From the IMG/VR virus record IMGVR_UViG_2778261179_000020: a stretch of 23,195 nucleotides of DNA, one strand, 5' to 3'. Source of the stretch: a virus (taxonomy: Duplodnaviria; Heunggongvirae; Uroviricota; Caudoviricetes). Positions 10,406 to 18,180 of this stretch are shown piece by piece. Position numbers and translations under genes: made by a program. The number at the start of each line of letters is the position of its first letter. Position 1 is the first letter of the stretch. The notes beneath the pieces were generated by a model. The model saw nothing but the letters and a program-made list of their open reading frames with translations, did no database searches and was not told the origin of the DNA.

Positions 10406-10585
10406 TTATCGCCGCAGCCTGTCCGGTTTCTTCCACTGATACGGCCTCACATCATCATGCTGGTGGCGTTCCTGTTGCAGCACAACGGAAACAGGCGCTG
10501 AACACCTGTTAATTTTGCTTGCTGGTTGTTTGATTTCGGCAATGCTGCGGAGCATCTCCAGCATATCGGCTTCGGTGATGGTCAT
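10406..10585 (-). CDS. Hypothetical small protein (59 aa), first ORF upstream of the MTase operon
   Basis: ATG at 10585 with AAGGTG 3-4 nt upstream; translation MTITEADMLEMLRSIAEIKQ...; not in the ORF track (under 60 aa). Confidence 0.25.
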   Translation of the reverse strand: MTITEADMLEMLRSIAEIKQPASKINRCSAPVSVVLQQERHQHDDVRPYQWKKPDRLRR

Positions 10586-10614
10586 GATTTACACCTTAGG
10601 AAATCTTAGGGGCT

Positions 10615-10875
10615 GGTTGACACTTTCCGGCTTAAGACCTTAATAAATCTTAATACCGCAGGTTGACACACTTGACACTTTTTCGCGAAAAACCTTATCA
10701 AACCTTAGCATTTCTAAGCATGGCAACTTGACACTTTTCGCTATTTTTTCGGTTTTTTGACGTGGTGAATATGGTACAAGGCCAGTAATGGCGAGGCATC
10801 CAGCGAGGTTGACACTTTTTCGCGTTCAGAGTGTAAAGTGTCAACCTGGCAAACTGCTCAACTTGACACTTTTTG
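10615..10875. repeat. Array of seven TTGACAC(TTTT) repeats (six direct, one inverted)
   Basis: TTGACAC at 10617, 10663, 10672, 10728, 10809, 10863 and inverted at 10838-10844. Copies at 10807-10818 and 10835-10846 form a 12-bp inverted pair GGTTGACACTTT / AAAGTGTCAACC. Confidence 0.6.
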
Positions 10876-10878
10876 AGG

Positions 10879-11406
10879 TCATTGATGGCCTGATTTTTCC
10901 CATTCAGCCAAGGCGTTTAGTCCTGCCTCACTCCATGTGTCCTGTTCATCGGGACAATCGCTGGCAACATAGCAGAGTTCGCAACGCAGCATACGAATTG
11001 CCAGCCTGGCATTACCTCGCAAATTGTATTTTTCAAAGTAATGCTGCCCTTCATCATCCTCAAGACAGATAGCACCATCATCAAGAAAGTGCACTTCCCA
11101 GCCTAATTCCCCGGCTGCATACAGCACACGCTGCTGTATGGCCTCGTCCGTTACTGGCGCAGGAATTTTACCGTCTCTGGCCTTAACTGCTTTCCAGAAC
11201 TCGCCCCATGTCATTTCCAGCGTTCTTTCTGGCCACATTTCAGAAATGGTGTCTTTCCCCTGTGCTGGTGGGCTGTTCCGCTGCTCTGTCGCTTCCACAT
11301 CAATTTTTTTACCGGACATGACCACTTCGCCTTTCTCGAGCCAGTCGTAAACTGTCTGGCGGCTTACGCCTTTGTATTTGGCGTATTCGGCTTTACTCAT
11401 CAACAT
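10879..11406 (-). CDS. Putative DNA-binding protein with N-terminal winged-HTH (Nu1/MerR-superfamily-like)
   Basis: Track ORF 10879..11424; the ATG at 11406 has GAGGTG 7 nt upstream. The N-terminal segment KGVSRQTVYDWLEKGEV resembles the HTH of lambda Nu1-type small terminases, by recollection. Confidence 0.5.
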   Translation of the reverse strand: MLMSKAEYAKYKGVSRQTVYDWLEKGEVVMSGKKIDVEATEQRNSPPAQGKDTISEMWPERTLEMTWGEFWKAVKARDGKIPAPVTDEAIQQRVLYAAGELGWEVHFLDDGAICLEDDEGQHYFEKYNLRGNARLAIRMLRCELCYVASDCPDEQDTWSEAGLNALAEWEKSGHQ

Positions 11407-11505
11407 GTAGCTCACCTCATGCATATACGATAAAAAATAATTTCATGCGGAAAGGGAATGCGTTGTGGGTATGGAGGAAAGGGGCAATAACCGCCCCTTA
11501 CTGAT

Positions 11506-11778
11506 TCAGTTGCGCCAGGATGGCTGGCTAAGCGTGGTTTTCATTACATCATTGACGACCTGTTTTACGATTTCTGTGTTGGCAGTCGTGCTTTCAACAT
11601 CAACAAAGCCATAATCGCCAATTTCCACTGTCAGGGATTCCAGTTTCTTCCCCAGTGCATCTGGCAACTCTCCACTGAACCGGTGCCGAAGATTTTCCAC
11701 CAGCAAAGCCCTGAATGCCTCGCTGTTCTCTTTTTTCTGCCATAGCTGGCGTTTATCCACTCTGATATTTAATTTCAC
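11506..11778 (-). CDS. Hypothetical protein (90 aa)
   Basis: GTG start with AGAGGTGAGG upstream; the start overlaps the stop of the upstream 55-aa ORF (GTGA). Confidence 0.45.
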   Translation of the reverse strand: MKLNIRVDKRQLWQKKENSEAFRALLVENLRHRFSGELPDALGKKLESLTVEIGDYGFVDVESTTANTEIVKQVVNDVMKTTLSQPSWRN

Positions 11779-11942
11779 AGCCTCACCTCTTTAAGTGCCT
11801 TATCCATCAGTTGCCGGGCAGTAACATGAATCGACGGTGCCACACCAAGCACAGATTTCTGACGCTCTTCGTCCTGGATGCGTTGCAGGGCTTCGATCTG
11901 CCTCCGGGAAAGTAAAACTGGCTTTACTCCGTGATTTTTCAT
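11775..11942 (-). CDS. Hypothetical small protein (55 aa)
   Basis: ATG at 11942 within track ORF 11775..12098; ATGA overlap with the upstream hydrophobic ORF; plausible charged-residue composition. Confidence 0.35.
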   Translation of the reverse strand: MKNHGVKPVLLSRRQIEALQRIQDEERQKSVLGVAPSIHVTARQLMDKALKEVRL

Positions 11943-12178
11943 GATGTTCCCTTCTGAATGACAATAATTGCAATTATTGCACAAATTGAAATGATACCAG
12001 AGACAATTGCAATAAATGAAACGAAAAGCATCAATAAACCAACCTTCGGCACTGAATGCTCTGATTTTTCTGCAAAGGTATGGCAGATGTTGGTGCATGC
12101 AAACATAAAGGCAATAGCAGAAGAAACAGCGGGGAGTGAAAAGGGGAAGTTTTTATAAATACACGATTGTCGCCTCAC
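11939..12178 (-). CDS. Possible small hydrophobic peptide; start uncertain
   Basis: Hydrophobic stretch VGLLMLFVSFIAIVSGIISICAIIAIIVI; its stop overlaps the next start; AT-rich; no clear SD. Confidence 0.25.
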   Translation of the reverse strand: MRRQSCIYKNFPFSLPAVSSAIAFMFACTNICHTFAEKSEHSVPKVGLLMLFVSFIAIVSGIISICAIIAIIVIQKGTS

Positions 12179-12220
12179 TGCAGGTTAACAGCCACAAACC
12201 CCATGATAATAACTTGTTAA

Positions 12221-12544
12221 TTATTTCATCAGATTTTTCATTATTTGCGCGATTGAGTACACAAGCAAAAACTCGGCAGCCGCAAGAGTATAAAAAACAT
12301 AAATTCGCTTAGCCCACCGACGATGAAAGAACTCCTCAGCATGGCCGAATGTTCGAGATACAAGCCATGCACCTACTGCACACAGAGCAGGTGCAATGAG
12401 CACAGTTATAAACCAGATTGTGATGCCCATCCCATGCCTACTGATAATAGCCATTGGTATTGCAAAAATGAATGTTAGAGCAGCATTAGCTAATAGAATA
12501 TCTTTTAAAGTATTTTCAATTAGTTTTTCTAGATTATCTTTCAT
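12221..12544 (-). CDS. Small membrane protein (107 aa, 2-3 predicted TM helices)
   Basis: ATG at 12544; hydrophobic segments ALTFIFAIPMAIISRHGMGITIWFITVLIAPALCAVGAWLV and IYVFYTLAAAEFLLVYSIA; low GC. Confidence 0.5.
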   Translation of the reverse strand: MKDNLEKLIENTLKDILLANAALTFIFAIPMAIISRHGMGITIWFITVLIAPALCAVGAWLVSRTFGHAEEFFHRRWAKRIYVFYTLAAAEFLLVYSIAQIMKNLMK

Positions 12545-12573
12545 CTAATCCCCCCGTTGGACATTAATATATA

Positions 12574-12596
12574 AAAGCCCCTTACTAAGGGGCTTT
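12574..12596 (-). terminator. Putative intrinsic terminator between the lipoprotein and membrane-protein genes
   Basis: Inverted repeat AAAGCCCC...GGGGCTTT (8-10 bp stem, short loop) flanked by A/T-rich sequence. Confidence 0.45.
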
Positions 12597-12607
12597 GCAC
12601 GGATTGT

Positions 12608-13750
12608 TTAAAGGGAACTTTTTTTCGCCCCTTCAATTTCTGCCTGACAAATTTCGTCATTTGTAAATGAGTACTGCAGATAGACATATCCCTGAGTGGA
12701 ATTGTTCGCTCTGGCCTCAATAGAGATAGTATCAATATTGTTTTTTAATGGTATTTCTTTTGTTCCCTTCCATGTGGCAGATAAGAAGCGTTCTTTTTTG
12801 TTTAGCCCCCTCATCCAGTCCTGAGGATCTTTCCAAATTGAACCAGCCAGCAAAAAGTCTGTAGTATCAGCCTTTCCATACAGAGAACTTAAAGAATTAC
12901 TCAATTCTTCAAACTTGGATTTAAGAGCCAATCCATAGCTATCAGTATCAATATTTTTTCCTAAAGCCCGTATTTGACATAAACCAGCTTTCGGGGAGAT
13001 CAACAAACCATACATTTCAAAATCTGCGTTTTGCTTCGGTAATTTATCAGAAGTATACAGATTCACACTGTCTGGTAGTGGCTTGAGCTTAGCACCGATC
13101 ATATCTTCGATGTTTTTCTGTGTAAGACCGGCTTCTAAGCCAAACGGACCATCCGCTGGCGGGAGTAAAGGAAGTTGATCTTGGGAATTTTTGGCTGTTA
13201 CTTCCGTTTCAGTACTGTTTTTTGCGTCATTATCTTGTACTGATGCCAGCTTAACTTCAGCGAGGCCATACTTGGCTGTGAGGTACTTTTGCTGCAACAT
13301 TGCCATAGTCTGCTCTTCAGTGGCAACAGTAGATAATTTTAGTACCTTTATCAGACCACCACTATACTGACGAGCATCAGCTTTGGCTTCGTTGATTTTT
13401 GCATCTAAGCTGTCAATTTCAGTTTTAATTGAAGCAGCAAGCTCAGGATCAGGTTTTACTCCAGATACAACAACATCAATTTTGGCGCCTGATTCAATAG
13501 CATTAATACGCTGTTCCAAAAGCGCTTTATTAGTTCCTAATATTTCCAGTCTTGCTGTTGTCAGATTTTTTATCAACCCACCAGAAAACTGCTGGTCAAC
13601 TTCCTTAGCTGCTGATATTTCACCTTCCGTTTGCGACAGTTCAGCTTTAAGAGCCGCTACTTCCTGTTTCTGTTCTGGCGTTAACTCTTCTGGCCCACAT
13701 CCGGTTAACATTACTATACCGACTAATGTTGCAATTAAAGTTTTATTCAT
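12608..13750 (-). CDS. Lipoprotein of unknown function, coiled-coil N-terminal half with an internal repeat
   Basis: 380-aa ORF; signal peptide plus lipobox MNKTLIATLVGIVMLTGCG; duplicated motif QFSGGLIKNL / QYSGGLIKVL; low GC. Confidence 0.65.
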   Translation of the reverse strand: MNKTLIATLVGIVMLTGCGPEELTPEQKQEVAALKAELSQTEGEISAAKEVDQQFSGGLIKNLTTARLEILGTNKALLEQRINAIESGAKIDVVVSGVKPDPELAASIKTEIDSLDAKINEAKADARQYSGGLIKVLKLSTVATEEQTMAMLQQKYLTAKYGLAEVKLASVQDNDAKNSTETEVTAKNSQDQLPLLPPADGPFGLEAGLTQKNIEDMIGAKLKPLPDSVNLYTSDKLPKQNADFEMYGLLISPKAGLCQIRALGKNIDTDSYGLALKSKFEELSNSLSSLYGKADTTDFLLAGSIWKDPQDWMRGLNKKERFLSATWKGTKEIPLKNNIDTISIEARANNSTQGYVYLQYSFTNDEICQAEIEGAKKSSL

Positions 13751-13884
13751 ATCCCTATTCCAAATGAAAATATTCAGATTAATCTTATCAGGAACCCAGA
13801 TGCAATTGAATATTCATCTGCTCAGCAACGTAGTAGATTTCCTCAGAAAGCATCAACAAAAAACCAAGAGAATCCCATCCTCTG

Positions 13885-14172
13885 TTACTGACTACAATTG
13901 TTCTTTTTTTGGTATTTCCTGAATGCCTCACCATTGGGCTGATGTAATCCCATCCCGGCATGTGCCCGGCTGATGGTTTTGCGCATCTCCCCGAAATTAT
14001 CCTGCCTTGCTGGTGGGCGTGCTGCCTTGTGGATACATTCCGCGCGACGTTTTGCCGCCAGCTCCCGTGCCTTGTCATCATTCGCCAGCATGATGACCTC
14101 AGCCCACCGCGCCGCCGCTCTCCGGTACAGACCACGCGCTTCCAGAGCTTCCGCTTTGCTGTCGTGAATCAT
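13885..14172 (-). CDS. PerC-family transcriptional regulator-like protein
   Basis: 95-aa ORF; N-terminus MIHDSKAEALEARGLYRRAAARWAEVIM matches my recollection of PerC/Pch proteins; its ATG overlaps the stop of the FinO-like gene. Confidence 0.55.
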   Translation of the reverse strand: MIHDSKAEALEARGLYRRAAARWAEVIMLANDDKARELAAKRRAECIHKAARPPARQDNFGEMRKTISRAHAGMGLHQPNGEAFRKYQKKNNCSQ

Positions 14173-14591
14173 GCGCCTGTTTTCTCCTTTGCTGCCCGAC
14201 GCTGACGTTTGCGTTTCTCATTCAGCGCAACCAGCCGCGTTTCTGCGTCCTGTTGTTCCTGTGGTGTCACCTCGCCGCACGGCTGGCATTTCAGGTCGTA
14301 GCGTACCCCACCAGCCATTAAGGCGCGGTAATAGCGCGGACACTGCGCATAAGATGCCAGCGTCGCACGCAATGCCCCTGGCCCGAATGCCAGCCCCCTG
14401 ACGGCGAGATCCTGCATCAGGTCGTCGAATATCCCCACCTTAAGCGGCTTCGGTGCTTCCCGGCTGAATAATTCAGGCCACAACTCAGTGAGGCGGTTAA
14501 CGCGTCTGCGGTTTTTTCGCTGCCGTTTGGTCATATGCCGCCACGGTGTTGCCCCTGTGGGCTTCTGCTGCGCTTCCTGGTTACCGGGCAT
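14169..14591 (-). CDS. ProQ/FinO-family RNA-binding protein
   Basis: Track start at 14594 is GTG; ATG at 14591. Segment LWPELF...KPLKVGIFDDL...ALRATLASYAQCPRYYRALMAGGVRYDLKCQPCGEVT fits the FinO/ProQ domain pattern. Confidence 0.6.
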   Translation of the reverse strand: MPGNQEAQQKPTGATPWRHMTKRQRKNRRRVNRLTELWPELFSREAPKPLKVGIFDDLMQDLAVRGLAFGPGALRATLASYAQCPRYYRALMAGGVRYDLKCQPCGEVTPQEQQDAETRLVALNEKRKRQRRAAKEKTGA

Positions 14592-14716
14592 CACTTTATG
14601 CGCCGATGTGGTTTTATCCGCTGCTGCGCCGCCTGCGTCGTTTTCTGCGGCGTGCCGTAAATACCTTTTGGTTTTCTGTTAATGGTCAGCTTAGTCATGC
14701 TTTGCCCCATCGTTAC

Positions 14717-15054
14717 AACTGTCTACCAACTGTCTACCGATATAATTGATTGATTTATTTAATGTTATTAACACATAACAAAAAAACAATCTGCAAACTG
14801 TCTACCAACGGTCTACCGCATTAATACATTGATAATTAATGATTTTTACTAAATGGTAGACAGTGTAGACAGTTAAAAGAGAAATTTAAAAAATGCCCCC
14901 TTAACTATCTGTTTTTTATATACCCCCCGTGGTTTAGGAATATAGAAATAACTGTCTACCTCTCTACCACATTGAAAATATCTTTATAATTCAAAATATT
15001 AATTGGTAGATGGTTGGTAGAGGGTTAAGTGAATCTGTCTACCAACCGTCTACC
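14717..15054. repeat. Iteron array, putative origin of replication
   Basis: About 12 copies of NGTCTACC, as four tandem pairs with 11-bp period (14717/14728, 14796/14807, 14950/14961, 15033/15044) plus inverted copies at 14855-14872 and 15005-15024, flanking an AT-rich core; immediately 3' of the primase gene. Confidence 0.6.
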
Positions 15055-15081
15055 TTTACGTTTCAGCTTATAAATTTCGTA

Positions 15082-16887
15082 TTATGTTCTGTCGTTAATC
15101 CCTGTAGCTGCTGGCAACCAGCCATCAGCATCATCATCTAACAGAACATTTGTTATCACTCGCCCTTTATCCGGGCCTTTAGTGCATTTAGCCCGCTTAT
15201 ACTCCTTTCCGTATTCCGCCATAGCTCCTGGCATATCAGTACCAAAGCGTGTCAGTGATACTGGTTTTCCCAGGCCATGCGCTGACATATAGGCTAAATA
15301 AGCATGATACAGGTATCGCCTCGGGCTAAATGGCACTATTTCCGCATTGCCCACCATCATTCCTTCACATTTAACCAACGACATCAGATAGCCGCAAAAG
15401 TCCACCAGTGAATCACCTTCGCGCTTTATCAACAGCGCTTCTTCTGATTTTTGCTGCTCATAAAGTAGTCTTTTAGCTTCGTCCTGGTCGGTAAATCGTG
15501 TTAGCAAATGGCGAATCACTACCGCCAGTTCGCCTTCTATCTTTTCCGCCAGCATGGGATCGCGTTCGTTCTCCGGTACGACCTCAGAGAAATTAAATAT
15601 CACCCTACGACGCGAGATCCCCCCGCTTCGGTCACTGAATGACATGGCGTTATTGTTTACCGCAAGCACTACTGCCGGAATACGTGTGGAGTAGGGGGCT
15701 TTATGTTTCGGATCAATTGCCACCTTGTCGCCGCCAGTAATTGCCTTAATTCCTGCACCATCGCCAGCGTAGCGAGTCATATCCGGCATGATAATCAGCG
15801 AAAAGCCAACTACTAACGCGCGTTCCCTTGCGTCTTCCAGAGCCTTCATGCTTGCCGATACTGTGTTGGCCTTACCCGCCAGCATGGTACAAATCTCAGC
15901 CATCACACTTTTACCGCTTCCGCCTGGGCCTGTTACCTCAAGGAATAACTGCCAGTCGTACCGGTTCGCCAGTACCATGAATAATGCCGCCAGTACGCGA
16001 TCAGCTTTACGATCATTATCTGCCACCGAACGACGCAGCCACTTCCAGAAATTCGGCGCATGTGTTGCCAGCGTTTCCCCCTCTGCTGGTGGGCTGAACG
16101 GTAATTCACTGGCATTTAACAACCAGTCATTTTTGTTATGCTCCCGAAAATTTCCCGTCCGGGTATCAAATACCCCGTTACTGAATCCAATAAGATTCCT
16201 GTCTGCCCCGCCCATAACAGGCAGGCTCAATTTCATTGTGTCTACGGCAAATTTAATGGCGTTTTGCGAATAACTGATTCCAGCATCAATAAAAATCTTC
16301 GCCATAGACCGCTGGAGTTCCTTATCAGATACAGGCACCCAGACAATTCCGTTGTAATGGTGAACTACATCAGAATCATCATTTATAGCCAGTGCTCTTC
16401 CATAATATTCAAGTAACACTTCCCCTCTCTGGCTGGCTCCCATCTGATTTAGTGCTGGCCTGGATAGGTCAATATTTTTTGTGGCTAATTTCATCGCTGA
16501 AACTTCCCCACTCTCTGCCTGTTCGCGGATCCGTTGCAGGTAGTCGCGCCAGTTTTCCGGCTCCCGGTCGGTGATACCTTTGTATAATTTCGCGTCCTGT
16601 ACACCAGCCAGCGCCAGCTTTTCAGCAATAGCATTGATCTGGATTGGCTCTATCTCCCCCGCGAGATAGACACGCGCAAAGCGGCGTTCATCGTCGACAA
16701 TGCGGATATTCGCCAGGTCTGCCAGTTGCTTTGGCCCCAGGTAAACAGGAGGCACGTTATCGCCGTGTTTTCGTCCTTCGCTTTCAATCCAGTGTTGAGC
16801 ATGGGCGTAAGCATCCGTCCCGGCAAAAATGATTACCTCGGTGAATTTATCCTTCGGCTGATATTTTAAATTCGGTGCGTTTTTCAC
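15082..16887 (-). CDS. Primase/helicase-like replication initiator (P4-alpha / D5-type P-loop NTPase)
   Basis: 601-aa ORF; Walker A GPGGSGKS; GTG start with GGGAGGT upstream, overlapping the preceding gene's stop. Confidence 0.85.
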   Translation of the reverse strand: MKNAPNLKYQPKDKFTEVIIFAGTDAYAHAQHWIESEGRKHGDNVPPVYLGPKQLADLANIRIVDDERRFARVYLAGEIEPIQINAIAEKLALAGVQDAKLYKGITDREPENWRDYLQRIREQAESGEVSAMKLATKNIDLSRPALNQMGASQRGEVLLEYYGRALAINDDSDVVHHYNGIVWVPVSDKELQRSMAKIFIDAGISYSQNAIKFAVDTMKLSLPVMGGADRNLIGFSNGVFDTRTGNFREHNKNDWLLNASELPFSPPAEGETLATHAPNFWKWLRRSVADNDRKADRVLAALFMVLANRYDWQLFLEVTGPGGSGKSVMAEICTMLAGKANTVSASMKALEDARERALVVGFSLIIMPDMTRYAGDGAGIKAITGGDKVAIDPKHKAPYSTRIPAVVLAVNNNAMSFSDRSGGISRRRVIFNFSEVVPENERDPMLAEKIEGELAVVIRHLLTRFTDQDEAKRLLYEQQKSEEALLIKREGDSLVDFCGYLMSLVKCEGMMVGNAEIVPFSPRRYLYHAYLAYMSAHGLGKPVSLTRFGTDMPGAMAEYGKEYKRAKCTKGPDKGRVITNVLLDDDADGWLPAATGINDRT

Positions 16888-17174
16888 TTCTTACCTCCCG
16901 CAACCAACATTGCCCGGATTTTTTTAATATTCGTGGCTGCACGTCTCGCCACTGCCTGTTGTTTGTTTTCCACCAGAATAAAATCACGCTCAAACTGACG
17001 GCGCGGCATTACGCAGTCATATTCGTAAGCCTCACGGCGGTAGGTGATATTGCCTGGCGTAACGTGACGAATAACCACCCGTCCCCCGCGTCTGGTGTCC
17101 CGGAAAATATCACCGGGGCGGATTTCAGGCCGAGAGAGGCCGCTGGCAGTAAAGCCAGAATTTTTCTTTTTCAT
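16884..17174 (-). CDS. Hypothetical protein (96 aa)
   Basis: ATG at 17174; stop overlaps the primase start (GTGA); basic protein. Confidence 0.45.
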   Translation of the reverse strand: MKKKNSGFTASGLSRPEIRPGDIFRDTRRGGRVVIRHVTPGNITYRREAYEYDCVMPRRQFERDFILVENKQQAVARRAATNIKKIRAMLVAGGKK

Positions 17175-17178
17175 GGTT

Positions 17179-17379
17179 TTATTTTCCTGTCAGCAGTTCC
17201 GGTTTTATTTCCGCACGAATACAAAGTTCAGAAAAAAATTCAGGAGAACCAACAATCTCATTACTTTTCAGTCGGCATTGTGATTTCACTTTCCCTTTAT
17301 CCAGGTAAACCAGCACGCGTCCGGTGAAATCATCTGGCACATTAAGCACTACGGGTACATGCGCTTCATGATTATGCAT
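17179..17379 (-). CDS. Hypothetical protein (66 aa)
   Basis: ATG at 17379; 8-nt overlap with the upstream gene; part of a packed co-oriented operon. Confidence 0.4.
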   Translation of the reverse strand: MHNHEAHVPVVLNVPDDFTGRVLVYLDKGKVKSQCRLKSNEIVGSPEFFSELCIRAEIKPELLTGK

Positions 17380-17605
17380 GGCTTACATCCTCCAGAGATT
17401 TTCTTCTGTAACGCGTCTCTGCCACATATTCAGCATAGTCCGACGCAATACTAAGAATCATTTCACCCTCTGACTTGTAGCCACTGGTATTGATAAGAAA
17501 ATATGCAGCTTTCATCATGTCAGCAATGCTCAACAATGCGCCCGATGTATCTTCCGGTGCGCCATCAAACTCCTGTTTCAGGGAATTAAAACGATCATCA
17601 CGCAT
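17372..17605 (-). CDS. Hypothetical protein (77 aa)
   Basis: ATG at 17605; 8-nt overlaps with both neighbours. Confidence 0.4.
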   Translation of the reverse strand: MRDDRFNSLKQEFDGAPEDTSGALLSIADMMKAAYFLINTSGYKSEGEMILSIASDYAEYVAETRYRRKSLEDVSHA

Positions 17606-17963
17606 GTTTACCCCCCTGAATGACCTGATAACCGCAACTGGTCAGCAATTCGATAAATTCCGGCAGTGTGCCGAAACAGCAATCATCACGCAGACGTTCG
17701 CAGGATACTTCAACGCCGTTTTCGTAGTGACTCACCATACACCCGGTAAAATGCAGATCATCATCGTGATGGCACGTTGACGGCTTAATCAGTCGCGCAC
17801 GTTCCGCCAGCTCCAGCAATGCTTCAACGCTTCCGGCAATTGCACCATCCGGCAGGTGATAATTACTTACCACGCGTCCATTCTCCACGTTGACCAGTAG
17901 CTGCCCGGAAAATATCTCGTCAAACTGAATGCTGTTAAGGTCAGAAATTGACAGGTTATGCAT
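17598..17963 (-). CDS. Hypothetical protein (121 aa)
   Basis: Internal ATG at 17963 with AGGAGGT 6 nt upstream (the track start at 17981 would overlap the upstream gene by 26 nt). Confidence 0.45.
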   Translation of the reverse strand: MHNLSISDLNSIQFDEIFSGQLLVNVENGRVVSNYHLPDGAIAGSVEALLELAERARLIKPSTCHHDDDLHFTGCMVSHYENGVEVSCERLRDDCCFGTLPEFIELLTSCGYQVIQGGKHA

Positions 17964-18180
17964 GGTGCACCTCCTGTACATCAGCCATGATAATTTTTCC
18001 GGCTTTATCCAGTGCCTGATCGGCTTTCAGCTGCACAAATGCTAAATAATGGGAGATGCATTCTGATTCTCTGGCTGCGTGTTTATGCGCCACACCAGCG
18101 ATAGCAGAAATCTCAATAAGTGAATCCATCAGCGTTTTGATAGCGTCTACCGCTGCATCAGGCCATGTTGCATTACACAT
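17956..18180 (-). CDS. Hypothetical protein (74 aa)
   Basis: ATG at 18180; 8-nt overlap with the upstream 122-aa gene. Confidence 0.4.
   Translation of the reverse strand: MCNATWPDAAVDAIKTLMDSLIEISAIAGVAHKHAARESECISHYLAFVQLKADQALDKAGKIIMADVQEVHHA

Noticed and set aside
10615-10875. TTGACAC repeat array as a CRISPR array
   Set aside because: Repeat units are only 7-12 bp, spacing is irregular (9-78 bp), one copy is inverted, and there are no cas genes nearby.
11775-12098. Full 107-aa track ORF
   Set aside because: The N-terminal 52 codons are Cys-rich and AT-derived; only the C-terminal 55 codons from ATG 11942 look protein-like.
15788-16273. + strand ORF inside the primase gene (similarly 8256..8612 in the DUF262 gene, 13383..13922 in the lipoprotein gene, 10788..11072 over the HTH gene and repeats)
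   Set aside because: These lie antisense to long, motif-bearing genes and show biased composition typical of antisense frames.
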